Under the pieces are notes generated by a model that was not told the DNA's origin, ran no database searches, and saw only the letters and a list, made by a program, of their open reading frames with translations. A program made the translations under genes and the position numbers. Positions 51,304 through 64,000 of a stretch of DNA of 64,000 bases are shown one piece after another; position 1 is the first letter of the stretch, and each line of letters starts with the position of its first letter. Source of the DNA: Microthyrium microscopicum (lineage: Eukaryota); assembly GCA_010405405.1 (NCBI GenBank), contig MU004241.1:1151359-1215358 (forward strand). The letters are read 5' to 3'.

Positions 51304-53362
51304 ATGGGGTTGTATAAACGAGCGATATCGATTCCGTCCCCCTTCTCAGTACAGACATCCGAGACGTTTGATGGCAATGACGGAAAATGGTCGACCTTCT
51401 TTATCACTGCTGGAAGTTCTCAGCTACAATTTCGAGCTCTGATCTCATCCGCAAGCTACTATTCGAGAGTAATTTCACAGAATGGCTGCAAACAGGGTGG
51501 TACATTCATAGATGGCTGCACTGATTGGAGAGGTGAAGATGGAAATACTGGATATGTTGCTGCCGATAGTTCAACTCGAGATCAAACCGCATCCGGCCAG
51601 TATCAACTTGATATCAACGATAAATATCTTGCCACAGACAATACTTTTGGATTTCCGCCTGATAATCGCAACTCATCGTATACCAAAAACAACAACGCGA
51701 CATTTGATATCGACCAAATAAATATAAGCTCTGGTTCAGCTACGGCTCAAAATCTGGCAATTCCAAACACGCCTTTGGCAGCAACTGTTCAACCTTCTTT
51801 TTTCCTGTCATATATAGGACTTGCTATAGGATCTACCCCAATAGGTTCTGAGCTCACACCGTCTCTACTAGAGACTTTGTATAATGCTTCGTCTATACCA
51901 AGCAAGTCTTTTGCTTACACGGCGGGCGCATATTACAGTAAGTGAATACTCGTGTTTTTGTGTCTTGGTCTAACCTTGATCAGAAAACTACTATGGCTCA
52001 TTGACTCTGGGCGGCTGGGACCAAAATCGAATGGGGAAAATGACTTCAAGCTTTGGGATGCCCACGAATCTTCACAGTATTATACCTCAGGTGACAGTCA
52101 ATAATATCGTTGTCCAGACATCAAAAGGCGACTCAATATCAGTAACCACTACGAACGGTAATACCAACAAATTTCCAGCTGTCATCGAGACTACATTACC
52201 ATTTCTCTACCTTCCAGAATCGATTTGCGATAAGTTTCAGCAGATCTTTGGTCTTACATATGAAGACAGCTCAGGCCTGTATAGAGTTAACAATACTCAA
52301 AGGCAAATCAACATGGGCAGCACCATCACAATAGACGTAAATGACATAAACAACCCGTCAACTTCTTTTGAAATCATTCTACCTTACGCTGCTTTTGATC
52401 TCAATACCTCTTGGCCTATTTCCAACGGATCATACTTTCCTATTCGCAGATCGCCCAGTGCCTCGACAACAAACATCCTCGGCCGGACCATTCTCCAAGA
52501 AACCTACATGGTAGTAAACTACGAAAACCAAACATTTTCCTTGGGTCAAGCCCTCTTCCCATCCTCAAACGATCTTAAACTCGCCCCCATCCTCGCAGAC
52601 AAGTACAACATCTCCCCATCCTCTGGCCTATCAAAAGGTGCAATTGCCGGCATCGTAGTAGGCGCCATCCTCCTCCTCGCAGCCATCGCAGGCCTAATAT
52701 TCTTCTTCCTCCGCCGCAAACGCCGTCGCGCGTCCGCAGAAGCCGATAAAGAGAAAGCTGCCATCGAAGAACAAGACGACGCTGAAAGACGCGCCTCCAC
52801 CATGACTGGCACAACCGTCGGCCGCCCTGGCGCAGACCGCCACTTGAGCGAACTCTCCTCCGACAGCGAACACCCCTCCGGACGTCATGGCCACGGTCTT
52901 TACGAGCTGCCCGAAGAAGGCAAGCCACTCGAACTCGAAGACAAGACTGACACAGCCGCCTGGAGACGCAATTCTGAACTGCGGTCCCAAACTGGCGGAG
53001 GCCGATTCTTCGAGCTCATGGGCGATATGCCAGACACGATGGCTTCAACTGGCTCGACGCCGCGCTTTACGTCTGCAACGCCGGCAATGACACCACCGAC
53101 TGGCACGCCAGCGACTACGTCGGCGGTTTTGGCAAACAACAGGAGCTCCTTCCGCTCATGGAGGAGTAGACGGCGGACGAACTCAGGGGGTGTGTCGCCT
53201 CAGAGTGGGAGCGTGGTGGGAGGAGCGAGTCCTAGTGCGCAGTTTTCTGTTACGCCGGTGAGCCCGAGTCCGCGCAGTCCAAGTCCGACGCAAGCGAATT
53301 TGGTTTCGCAGCAGATATCACCGGATCAGTCGCCTAGGCCAGATGAGCCGAGAACTAGCTGA
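51304..53362 (+). CDS. Membrane-anchored pepsin-like (A1) protein, catalytic Asp residues substituted
   Basis: FDGNDGKWSTF, IPSKSFAYTAGAYY|..LTLGGWD, ILGRTILQETY, TM GLSKGAIAGIVVG..FFLRRKRRR; intron about 51938-51983. Confidence 0.8.
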
Positions 53363-54096
53363 GAAGAAGTTGGAATATGATGAGAGGTTGTTTTATTCAG
53401 CGAGGCGTTGTTGGTTATCGCGGCGATATGATATGATGATTTCAACTGTAAACGAAATGTGTAATCATACCTGATAGGTACAATTTGCTAATACATACCT
53501 GGCTTCAATGCTTAACGAGTATCTTGCTCGTTTTGTGCTTAGCCATGATGATATTGATGTTCTCTTCCAATGCAACTCTGAAAAGGCCGATTTTGGTAGC
53601 ACTTGCAAATAAATGCATCTCGTACTGTTTACATCTCAGCTCTGAAGGAGGCACGAGACTAAAAATAGAACAAGTCACGATGTGCATCACCACTTCCCTA
53701 CAAATGCCTCAATACCCAGCACCGATTGGACTTGCATTATCCTCTTTGATCATTACCTCTTTTGTAATCCTTGAAGGGCAGATCTTGTCTTTGGTTTCGG
53801 CAATAAGCACCGCCTCGCAAGTCGCACCACTTCACCCACACCCAAACAGACAGCATCGTGATCCCGTCCAAGAGGTACGAACATCGTTTGAACGTGATGA
53901 AAATTCCCTTCCAATTATAAATAATTGAGTTTAACCCCCAGGCTTTTGATAAGCCTAGCAACATCCGACCAGCAAAATCAACAACAAGCTCCAACCTAGC
54001 GATAAACACCATAACCAGCAAGCCACACTTTTCTACCAAATTGAACAACCAACATCACTACCGATACTTCCATCTCCCTTAACCAACAAACCGAAA

Positions 54097-54519
54097 ATGT
54101 TCTCCTCCAAACATGGAAAAGCCTCAGAAGAACAAGTCAAACCCCAAAGTGACGCCCTGGCGGGTAAACTTCCGCACTTCACCGACACGCACGGCGTCAT
54201 TACAACAACCATGAACGACCTCCCAGGCTACCGCATCATCAAAGTCCTCGGCACCGTCTACGGGCTTTGCGTGCGCTCCCGCAACATTGGTGCCAATCTA
54301 GCTTCGGGTTTCAAGTCCCTAGCCGGCGGAGAGCTGGGATATTTGACCAACATGTTGTATACGGGCCGTAATCAAGCTGTGGATCGTTTGGTGGGTGAGA
54401 CGATGGGGCGAGATGGAAATGCGATAATTGCGATGCGGTTCGAGAGCAGTGAGGTTGGCGGGTTCTCGCAGGTTTGTGCGTATGGAACGGCGTGTTTGGT
54501 TGAAAGGATCGAGGAGTGA
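54097..54519 (+). CDS. UPF0145/YbjQ family protein
   Basis: TTMNDLPGYRI..LGTVYG..VRSRN, GGEL, GNAIIAMRF, AYGTA. Confidence 0.9.
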   Translation: MFSSKHGKASEEQVKPQSDALAGKLPHFTDTHGVITTTMNDLPGYRIIKVLGTVYGLCVRSRNIGANLASGFKSLAGGELGYLTNMLYTGRNQAVDRLVGETMGRDGNAIIAMRFESSEVGGFSQVCAYGTACLVERIEE

Positions 54520-55172
54520 TATATGGAAATCTTGGGAAGGGGTTCAATAAAGCAAAGCGAATTGAGAAGCCGTGGTATCAGAAATACTAAAGCAGTTGTC
54601 AATACAAGCCATAGCTTTTGAGCCTAAATCTCCGAAGCTCAGAACACGATCCTCTCTGAGAGGAATTTCCATATTGTAACAGGTAAGATTAGGAGCTGTC
54701 TACAAAGATGGAGGAAGTATATTGTTACCCATAAACTGCAATGCCCCTTATCAGCTAGGAGCCCAAATTGAGTGCTTGTTCACTTACAAGGCGTTCCTTC
54801 TTGCAAAATCTCCTCGCCTTGCATGAGAGTATATCCTTTTTGGCAGTCACGGAAATCATGGGGTTCTTCGTTCCTTCCAACAAGAGAAAATCGCATGGTA
54901 GACCGGTTCGTTCCTTCCAGACTTAGACCCATCACCGACAGTCCCTCTAAGGTTCTGACAGTGCTGCCTAGAGGTAACAGATCCGATAAACTAATTCATC
55001 ATAATGGGTATGGGGCCGTCTTTCTCCATCATCCCATATCTTATTTCCACCATCCTGTACTATACCGAGCGCTCACTCCGGAGCTATTCGTGCTGTCACG
55101 CGAGGCATCTCCCCGACGAGTTGCACTGAGAAGGCCCCAATCTTGTCGTTATTGCAGAAACATTCCCTCATT

Positions 55173-56303
55173 ATGCTTGAGAACACAACGACCTGGACTT
55201 TTGCTGACCTATCCGAATCCCCCCCACCATATGACCCAGTCCACGGCACAGGGCCGGATAGTCAAGAGCTATTGTCAGGCTTCGGCGCTGGCCAGGAAAG
55301 AGAAACTGATCCTCGCGCTCGACTTGACACCCACGAACCTGCCGGCACAATGGGCGATCCATTTACTCTCAGTAGTGCCAGTGACGCATCGGAATTAGAG
55401 GATGGTACCTCTGGAGAAGTCATCCTTGCATATGAAGGTGAGCAGTTCTCAGAGAGCGATGATGCTCAGTCAAGTCTATCGGAGATTGAGGGCGACGAAC
55501 TTGATGACTCCGATGGGGACTTCTTTGAGGAAGACGGGACATACGTCCGCACGAAGAATGGTCGCAATGCCAGCTGGCAATGTGCATACGCCGATCAAAT
55601 TCACCAATCTCTCACCTTTCTTGATGTCAAAGCTACAGCTGTCTTTGAGGACATCATTCAGCGATATGTACGTTCTGTAGCTACCCGTCATAGTTTGTTT
55701 TCTAACCTTCTTGTTAGCAAGCCGATACCAAGCCATCGGACTACTATCTGGCTGATTGGGAGATCAAGGACATCGAGCCGTGGAACGAACATGACAAGCA
55801 TACACGATACGCTATGATCGAAGATAAGAATGGTCCCTACTATCTGTTCTCTGAAGAAGAAGAAGAAGGAGACTTTTTCTTCAATCCTCATAATGGATTC
55901 GTATACAGACTGAGGGCCTTCGAAGACGGCCAGATTTGGGTCAAGCTGTCAGGCAAAAAAAGACCAACTCGAAATAAATAGGCTCAGAGACAAAACAAAC
56001 CAGCTCAGGAATGAAGCCATTCAACACTCCGGTTCACGGATTCTCGAACGACTAGACATCATAGAACTGCCTTTGGCGCAAGCTTCGCCCCCTACAGTTG
56101 GTGGCAATACCGAGAAGCTTGAGAGAGTCGAGGACCAGCCTTTGAGGATCGCAGATCTGAAGCAACAGGTAAAGCAGCGTGAGATCGAGCTTGAAGAAAC
56201 GAAGCGAAATTTGGAAGAATGCAAACAAGAGCTGGAATACAGTCTAGAATACTCGGAAGATCTCACCAGACAAATGGAGGATCTCGTCGATCAACTTTCA
56301 TAG
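55173..56303 (+). CDS. Hypothetical acidic protein with coiled-coil tail; apparent frameshift at an A7 run
   Basis: Phase-0 intron 55668-55717; exon 2 is open to a stop at 55979-55981; the coiled-coil frame is open from 55962 to 56303. Confidence 0.5.
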
Positions 56304-56644
56304 CGTTACATATTGTCCTCAGAGTTCTGAAAGCGAGGAGGAAAGAAGTACAATCAAAAGTCAACTTGTTTGCAGATGATGTATTTAGCTGCGTACAGAC
56401 TAACCAATTGATCTTTCCAGAAACTATAACTAGTCAACGAAATCATTGGCGCGCTCCCTTCAAAAATGGTTTCTACCATCGTCGATATTGAAGAGCATAT
56501 GCTCTGCTTCCTATCGTAGTCACAGATGGATTACATCCACTACGCGATCTATGGAGACTGATATGGTTGATAGTAGAGCGCAGCGCCTGTGGGCTATGGA
56601 AGCTGATGGAAGCAAAATCGGCCATTTTGACTATCAGTTGGTTG

Positions 56645-57454
56645 CTAACTTTTGCTCTGTGATGCGAGTCGCCCACAGAGCACTACATCCTCGCCAAGTG
56701 GATGCCATATCGTGTCTCGAAGTCTTGGAGCTGGTAAAACCTGTCCATTGTGAAACTGCCTGTCGGGAGATACTACGACACCTCCTGTTCCTAGCCACGT
56801 AGGCGCAATTGTGACGATCACGCAATCCACCAGAGCCTTATTCTCTGGCTTCAAGAGAGAGTTGATGACTCGTCCTCCACCCTCAATCATCACACTCTTG
56901 ATACCTTCATGCTCCAGAGCGTTGAACACCTTTTCCCATGTGAATCCTCGTTCCAAAACAGTTCCAGAAATCTTGATGAACTTGCCGCCAATCTCAGACA
57001 GCAATGCGACCATCTCTGCTGGGGGTTGTGTGGCCCTTGTAAGCACAAACGGCGCTTTGCCTAAACCTTCCTTCGCCAGTCGAATTACGTGACTATCCGC
57101 TGAAAATTTCCATCGCCCTGATGGATCAAGAATAATGGGCCGGGGCTGCTCATCCACAGATTGAATGTCTCCAAGACGACAGTTCAGGGCGGGGTCATCC
57201 GCAACCGCGGTTCCTACACCGATGAGAATTGCATCGTGCTTGAATCGCAGGTAGTGGGTCATGGCCTTGGATTCGGGGCCAGAGAGAGCTGTTCTGGCAC
57301 CGGGAGCACTGGCGATTTGTGAGTCTAGAGAGGCGGCATATGTGAGAGTTACAAATGGCCTAGGTGAGGATGAGTTCTGCTCCGTCGGCAGATATGGCTG
57401 CAGGAAAGCTCGTTGGTCTTGCGGGAAATCGATGGTTTCTCTGACAGTTCCCAT
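56645..57454 (-). CDS. RIB7: 2,5-diamino-6-ribosylamino-4(3H)-pyrimidinone 5'-phosphate reductase
   Basis: PFVTLTYAASLDSQI, AMTHYLR..HDAILIGVGTAVADDPALNCR, SVMIEGGGRVI, TIAPTWLG. Confidence 0.93.
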   Translation of the reverse strand: MGTVRETIDFPQDQRAFLQPYLPTEQNSSSPRPFVTLTYAASLDSQIASAPGARTALSGPESKAMTHYLRFKHDAILIGVGTAVADDPALNCRLGDIQSVDEQPRPIILDPSGRWKFSADSHVIRLAKEGLGKAPFVLTRATQPPAEMVALLSEIGGKFIKISGTVLERGFTWEKVFNALEHEGIKSVMIEGGGRVINSLLKPENKALVDCVIVTIAPTWLGTGGVVVSPDRQFHNGQVLPAPRLRDTIWHPLGEDVVLCGRLASQSKS

Positions 57455-58174
57455 ATTCGATATTTTTATAATGTGATGAGAGGAAAGAGAAGATGTGAGG
57501 TATTGGTGGTGGTAGACATGAAGTGCAATGGCTACAGAGGTACAAAGTGCAGGGTCCTTTGGAAAACAATCCTACCAGCTGTTTCACACCCCTATTTCCT
57601 TCCTGGTGGCTGTTATTAAAAAAAGAGTAGTTCAGGCATCGGGACTGGGTTTAGGTATAGTCGGTTGATTTCGTGATTGAGACACTTGATGTGACCGAAT
57701 GTGATATAAAATCCATACCAGAAAGGCAAATTGCATAGCAGCAGATTTGATCATTTTCGATGCTTTGATATACAATGGCAACAAGTCGGTTTTCAGATGA
57801 GAAGTAGAGTAAGATTCAAGTGGCCCAGAGTGTTCAGTGCCTGTAATGAAAAAAAAAAAACAGAAAGCATGTACGGGATGAAATTGCATTATGCGTTGTG
57901 TGCGTATTCGTATCCAGCTCAAAACTTTGCCTTGAATACGATATACGCAGCATACAAGGGATCATGTCAGATAAGTAATCAGATGGCAAGCCAATTACTT
58001 CATGCACATAAACATCATTCGGGGTCAAGGTTCAGTGTTAATTAATCTGCTGTCGGTGTCTTGATTTGGTGTGAAGGCGTCGATTCTTAGTTATATTCAA
58101 CTTGCAGCAGATCTCCAGCACTTTCAGCTTGGGTTTCATTATTCTTTCAATCTGATCAACGTGGGCCTTCCAAC

Positions 58175-59043
58175 ATGACATCTACAGCTTCATCCAGAAG
58201 TCAAACTCAAGCTGGTATGCAACATATTCCATCTGACTGGGCTGGTCGTCGACATCTTATGCAACAGATAGAGCTCGCAGGCACTGAAGCCCTCGGTCCA
58301 ATCCCGGAGGGCGTCGAGATATTCTGGTCTACTATCACTTTGCCTGATGGCTGGGGATCGAAAACAAAGATCACACGGCCAAAGAAGATGACTGCATCAG
58401 GGAAACATCCTCTCATAGTCCTATTCCATGGCGGCTCATTCGTTGTAGGAACTCCATATCAACTGAACCGGCCAGCACGCGACTTTGCAGAGAAGTTTGG
58501 CGCAGTTGTTGTCAGTCCAAGCTATAAATTGGCTCCAGAAAACCCATGGCCTGCTCCCATGCGCAGTGCATGGGAAGTCCTGGCTTATCTTGCAAACAAC
58601 GCGCAGAGCGAGTTTGGAGCAAATCTTGACGCCCCAATTGGCGGTTTCATTGTTGGAGGCTTTAGTGCGGGAGCGAATGTCACTGCTGTGCTGGCCGGAA
58701 TTAGCGTGTCTGGCGATGGAGTAGATGCTCCATTAGCCAAGCCGCTCACTGGCGTCTTCATCTCTCTCCCAGGGATGTCTATTGAAGAGACTGTTCCTGT
58801 TGAATACAGGCCACTATGGACCTCCCGAGTTGACAACGCCAATGCCGAAGGGACGATGGAGTGGTGTATGAGAAAGTGCTAGCAAACTGTGGGGTGCGGA
58901 CAAAAATCGACTTATGGAAGGGAGAAGGTCATATAGGGTGGACTGCACAGCCTGGCCCAAGCAATGATGCGCTGTATATGTTGGAACAAGCAACAATGAG
59001 CGGTATGGAATGGTTACTCGCCGGTGTATCTCAAAAGGCCTGA
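58175..59043 (+). pseudogene. HSL-family esterase with internal deletion and frameshift
   Basis: FHGGSF, SYKLAPE, GFSAGAN in the first frame; near 58848 the sequence jumps to RDDGVVYEKVL..GEGHIGW in another frame with no intron signals. Confidence 0.7.
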
Positions 59044-59286
59044 AAATGTAGTCTCGCGCTTGATATCTGTCAGAAGTCAGTCAAAGTGTTCAGTTATGGA
59101 TTTCTGATGGAAAATGTACTAATTCCAGCTGATTTTGGTGAAAACCTCCTCAACCCTCGCAGTACGTTTGATCTGAACCAGTAGTATGACTTGTCAAGCG
59201 CTTTCGATAGAATCCTGTTTGTGTCGTTCCATTTGGGTTCTGATTAACAGCACCTTATCTTACAAAGTCCCTTGCAGGTCCCTGCA

Positions 59287-62200
59287 TCAGCGACGGGTCC
59301 TATTATATTCTGCCCAGAGAGAACTCCAGATTGCTCTCTCATCTGGTCTCATACCAGCATTCATGCCCTTCAGTCCTTCTCTCGGTACAGCCTGCACACA
59401 AGCCCATATTCCTGGCATAAGAGACTTGCGGATTTCCGGGGTCAGACTGCCATTGAGATGCAGGCCACAGAAATGCGCCAGAACGTAAGGTACATACTGG
59501 GCGGCATATTTTCGAGCTTTGCGAATCTCGTCCGTTAGCATCGGATTGTTTCTTGATCGATACATGGACATGGCGCTTGAAACCGTAGGTTCAGTAAGCG
59601 TCAGGAGAACCTTCGCATAATCGGTTCCATGGCTTGAGTCCAGTCCAGATTGACGACTATGTATCCAAGATGGTGCTCTCTGATTCCTCGCTGGAGTGCT
59701 GCCAACGTGGGTACTGAATAGGCAGTTCAACAGTGCTTGGAGAAGAGGAACGAGAAGGTGCATACGACCTCCAATATGCTTTCGATGCAATGAGACGATC
59801 GTACTAGTAATTTGACTTAGCAGACGGTGGACTCTTGCTGCATGTGGCCTCAAGAAATGTTGTGTTCCAGGAGTAGCAAGCTGTATTAACGCAGATATGA
59901 CACTTTCCACTCCGAACTGGGAAACTAAGAAGGGCTATCATGATGGTCACTTTTGGTTTGCTTTAGAGGAAGATTGAAGCTTACCTTTGTGCGCAGAATC
60001 GACAGCATATTGCTAAGTGCATAGCCGACATCATCCACATCTTTCGCTGCTTTTATTCTCTGCGCCAAAGTAGGGAGTATAATTTTCGCCAAGTCTCGTT
60101 GTTCCTGAAAGGCGAAATCATCTAAACACCATCAGTAATCATGTTATAGGAGCGGGTTTGGACATACCAGTGAAGCATCGTAAGAACCGACTATAGGCAA
60201 GAAGAAATCTACTGGAATGCGGGTTGCTTTCATCTGACAACTGAATGAGGGACCCCAACAGCCTTAGGTGTATTGTCTTTTCGTTCCAGATGTTATTGTA
60301 TCGCCGAACCTTCATCTGTCCTTGTACAAGATCGAGGAAATGACGCGGTTCGATATCTGAAGATGGTTAGAAAGGTGTTTCGTAAGTCTTGATTGTACAT
60401 GCCTTGAGACTCAAGAACACGGCATAGTATATTCCAGTTCTTTTTATCCGTCAAAGGTAGATCGGGCTTCAAGTGTGCACGGGAAAGCAGCAACGCGTAA
60501 TCGAGCCTGGATAATGTTGCTGAATTATCTGGGGGTACCCAAGGTGCCTGTGTTGCTGAATTGAAATACCTGTTGAGTATTATCCCTGTTTGTTTGTTAG
60601 CCTTCAGGCGTACAAAGAAGCTACTTATACATATTTTACATACCGTCTTGTTGGTTCTTGCTCTTCAGAGCCCGTTCTTTGATGAAAGGTACGAGTGAAC
60701 GTAACACCCCGTCCAATTTCCAATCTATCGAAGTTGACCACTTTTCTCTTTTGCTAGGCTCAAGAAGCGGCATGACAGCGCGGAAAATTTTATCGACAAG
60801 TGTATCAGGTAGTGGTGGGTAAACCGGGGACGCAACTGAAGAGGGAATGGTACCGTCTTCGTCAACAGCATTGAGGCGCTGCTGAAGCAGAACAAAATAT
60901 GCAAGATTGCTTTGAGCCGGACCAGAAAGATTTTTGATGACCGCTTGACCATGTCCGTCAAAAACTTTGAAGTACTCCTCAACCTTCTCAGCTTCAGGCT
61001 GCGCCAAAGCTTGCCTGGAGAATTGTTAGCTACAGGCAAGAAAGTATCATAAGAAGTAATGATATGGGTACCTCAGAACCCGCGATGCCAGAGCGCCAAA
61101 GATATTATATGCCTCTATAGTGCCCAGGAATTTAGCCAAAGCGGCAAGCTTCCAGAGAACATCCGGATGTTCGAACTGATGGTGTTAGCATAAAATCATG
61201 TGTTGGAGATTGCTGCTTTCATACGAATGCCAAAGGAGTGCGCTCTTCTCGAACCAGCTTTTGTACAAGACACAACCTCTGAAGTGCTTCTTCGGGATCG
61301 TCAGGTGGATTGGTATTGAGAAGTTTTTCCCCCAATGTTTCACGAAGCTCCTTAAAGCCAACAAGCGGATGCTTGAGAAGAAGATCCTGTGCCACTTTCT
61401 CAGAACCTGGTTCACTAAACAGCTCGATAAGGGCCATAAGCCAGGTCACTAAGGATTCAATTAGCATGGCCTCAAGTGGAGAAGTCGTAGCATACAATTG
61501 ACGGCTTTGTCATGTACGGTTACAATGGTTTCTTGCAAAGCATGAAGGCCAGGATCAAAATCCGACTGCTTTGGATTACTTTTCGCTGCTGTTTTGATTG
61601 AGCTTTCTCTAGAGGTGATTACAAGCTGTTTGAAAAGTTTCACTCTTTCGTCGAATTCAAGTGATCTGAAGAATGTCAATATAAGCCGTAAAATGAGTCT
61701 TTGCACATACAGTAAAACGATTGGAAACTTCATAACAATGGCGACTGTTTTGAAGTTTGGAGGTTCTGAGGTCTGGAGTTGTGTAGCAATCTGCTGCTTA
61801 GACGTGTCCGATGGTTCTTCTAGAGAGAAGAATCCAATGGATGCTGTCTGTACCTGTACTTGAACATACGGCTGCAACTTTGGGCTAGTAACCAGTTGTG
61901 TTGTTGCTGTAACGAAAAACAGGTATGCATTATACGCTTCCCAATATGACTTCGTATCTCTAGCAGAAACGCGTTTGGCAGCTGCCTTGTGGGCAACATC
62001 CAGTACTCTTGGATCAAGATAGTAGTTGTTGTCGCCATAGAATTTGGCCTTTGGGTGCATCTCTCGTTGTAACTTACGTATCTGTGTCAAGAGCTGCCAG
62101 ATACGCCCAGCTAGGAGAAACTCGTTCATATCGAGAAGCATGATGTTCTGGAAAAGCTTCCAAAGCTTCAATACCAACGGTTCAATGGCAGAAAGAACTT

Positions 62201-64000
62201 CATCTCGAGATATGTGATCCAAGATCGACTCGATGACCACAACAGCCGCGTAAAGTTCAGAGATTGAATCGACATCTTCGCCCAAGGCCGGGCCGTCTCC
62301 ATTGATGGTCCCGCCCGACACAGCTTCGATGCCAAATTGGCTAGCCATCTTCTGTACCGGAAGGGTATACTTGTCCAACAAGTCCTGGATTTGAGTTGTG
62401 CTTAAACTCTGTGAGACTGCTGACCCTACCATATCAATCAGAGCCGTGTCCAACCAACATATTTGATCGAGAGCATCAGGTGTTAATGTATCAACCGCTT
62501 CAGATATTTGTGTGAACCAAAGTCTAATGAATTGATCAAGCTTTCGAGACTCTCGATATGCAGTCATCAACCCAGCAACGATGTCAAGTATGAATTCACT
62601 GCGTTTCTGATCGTAATAACTTGGAGACGACTCTGTCGGTTTTTCTACAGATTCCCATCGCACATTCGAAATGTGAGATACAATGGCCTGAGTAAATATA
62701 TGAGCTCTCGAGACTTCAGGGGTTTTATCATTAGTGATGGGCTGCTTCCCGGCATCTGCGAACAAACCGCCATCGATTTCCAAGATTATTTTGACCAAGG
62801 GCCACCTCACGCGGTAGAGGGACGATTTGTCTTTGATGGGAGCTTGAATGATTCTTGAGTATCGAATCAAAATTTCTCCCAGCATGGCCTGAGAGATCTC
62901 CAATTTGTATTCCTTTGCCAGCTTGAGCATGTCCTCGAACGGAACTTTCGTAGTGTATTTGGAGGCGGTCTGCTCCGAGCGACCAAAGAAAGAGTACTCA
63001 ACTTGCTCCGAGAGTTTGCCTCCAGAGCATGCCGCCAAAACCTCAAGGACTGATTCGAGCCAGGGTGCCTCTTCCGATCGTTGTTTCGGTGTTGAGCGAC
63101 GTGATCCTTCGATAGCCAAGCGGTAGAATTGAGGAATACCTGACAGAATCAGGCGAGTTTCAGATAGGAGATCCTGCTGATATAGATACGATAAAGTCTC
63201 TTGGAGTGGCTTCCAGCTTTTTACAAGCAATTGTATCATCTGCTCTCTTGTAGTATCTTCTTCATCCTGGTAGCTGAAGAATGATGCTCTTGCAGGAAGC
63301 AAAAGATGCTCCTTGAATAACGAATCCAATTTCTGTCGTACAGAGTCGGCCCTTACCGCCTTCTCTATATCCTGTGTAAAGTTTAAATCGAGCAATCGGC
63401 CGTAGAGCAATATTGACGGGACAAGACAGTAATCTGAAAAAAGTGCTGTAGACGCTCCAGTTTCATCGTCGGCATTGATTGATCGAAGTTTCCAGATCAC
63501 AAAAATCGATTTAAGAAGCCCCGAGGACTGTTCATCGCCTTGTTGAAGGCATTTGACCGAGGCTGTCAATCCAGCGCTGAGCAGTTCTGCGGCGAATTGA
63601 GCAGGAGTTCTGAGAATGGACCTGAAGTGCTCTGATGATATTTTGGAAGACTCCGAGACATGTGTTTGTGCGCCAGCAATGAGCTTTTCGAGAAAGCATC
63701 CCACAAGTTGATAGACATCTTCGGGGCTAAATATCACGGAAGGCTCCAGGGGTTGCTCCATATTGTCATTGTGTCTCTTTCTCTTTCTTCCTTGCTTTTT
63801 GGACTTTCCGGAATCTGAGGTATACTGTGGAGCCTGACCACTTGCCACAAGCGCAGGCTTCCCAGCCTTTTGTGATGCGACCCATTCACCCAGAGTCTTT
63901 TGGATACTTGAAAGTATATTTGCTGAGTTGAGTAGTCTGGCAGAATGAATTCTAGGGACCAAGTCCAGTAGATGGATCAGCAGTTTCCAGCTGAATGGGC
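59287..64000 (-). CDS. URB2: Nucleolar pre-ribosome protein Urb2/Npa2, multi-exon; 5' end beyond window
   Basis: Long helical protein; C-terminal exon HRKHIGGRMHLLVPLLQALL..SLMPGIWACVQ..MNAGM..ERAIWSSLWAEY resembles the Urb2 C-terminal domain. Confidence 0.78.

Overview
Gene-dense eukaryotic DNA from a filamentous ascomycete (Pezizomycotina-type short GT..CTRAC..YAG introns, Zn2Cys6 factor, cutinase, CFEM protein); the bacterial-style ORF track splits most genes at introns. There are about 24 protein-coding loci, including PTM1 (partial), NCS2, RecQ, a DUF3237 protein, a Mad1-like CFEM adhesin, cutinase, a complete MAL cluster (regulator, maltase, permease), UPRT, FEX1, IBA57, an F-box protein, CCC1, NBS1, an IRC21-like protein, a 1064-aa GPI mucin, a pepsin-like pseudoprotease, a YbjQ-family protein, RIB7 and URB2 (partial). 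Two features missed by the ORF track stand out: a U6 snRNA gene split by four spliceosomal introns, including a 5-nt micro-exon in the catalytic core, and a 19-aa metallothionein. The window also has two divergent decayed SNF2 genes and a deletion-damaged esterase. All calls are by eye from motif recognition; no database searches were run.
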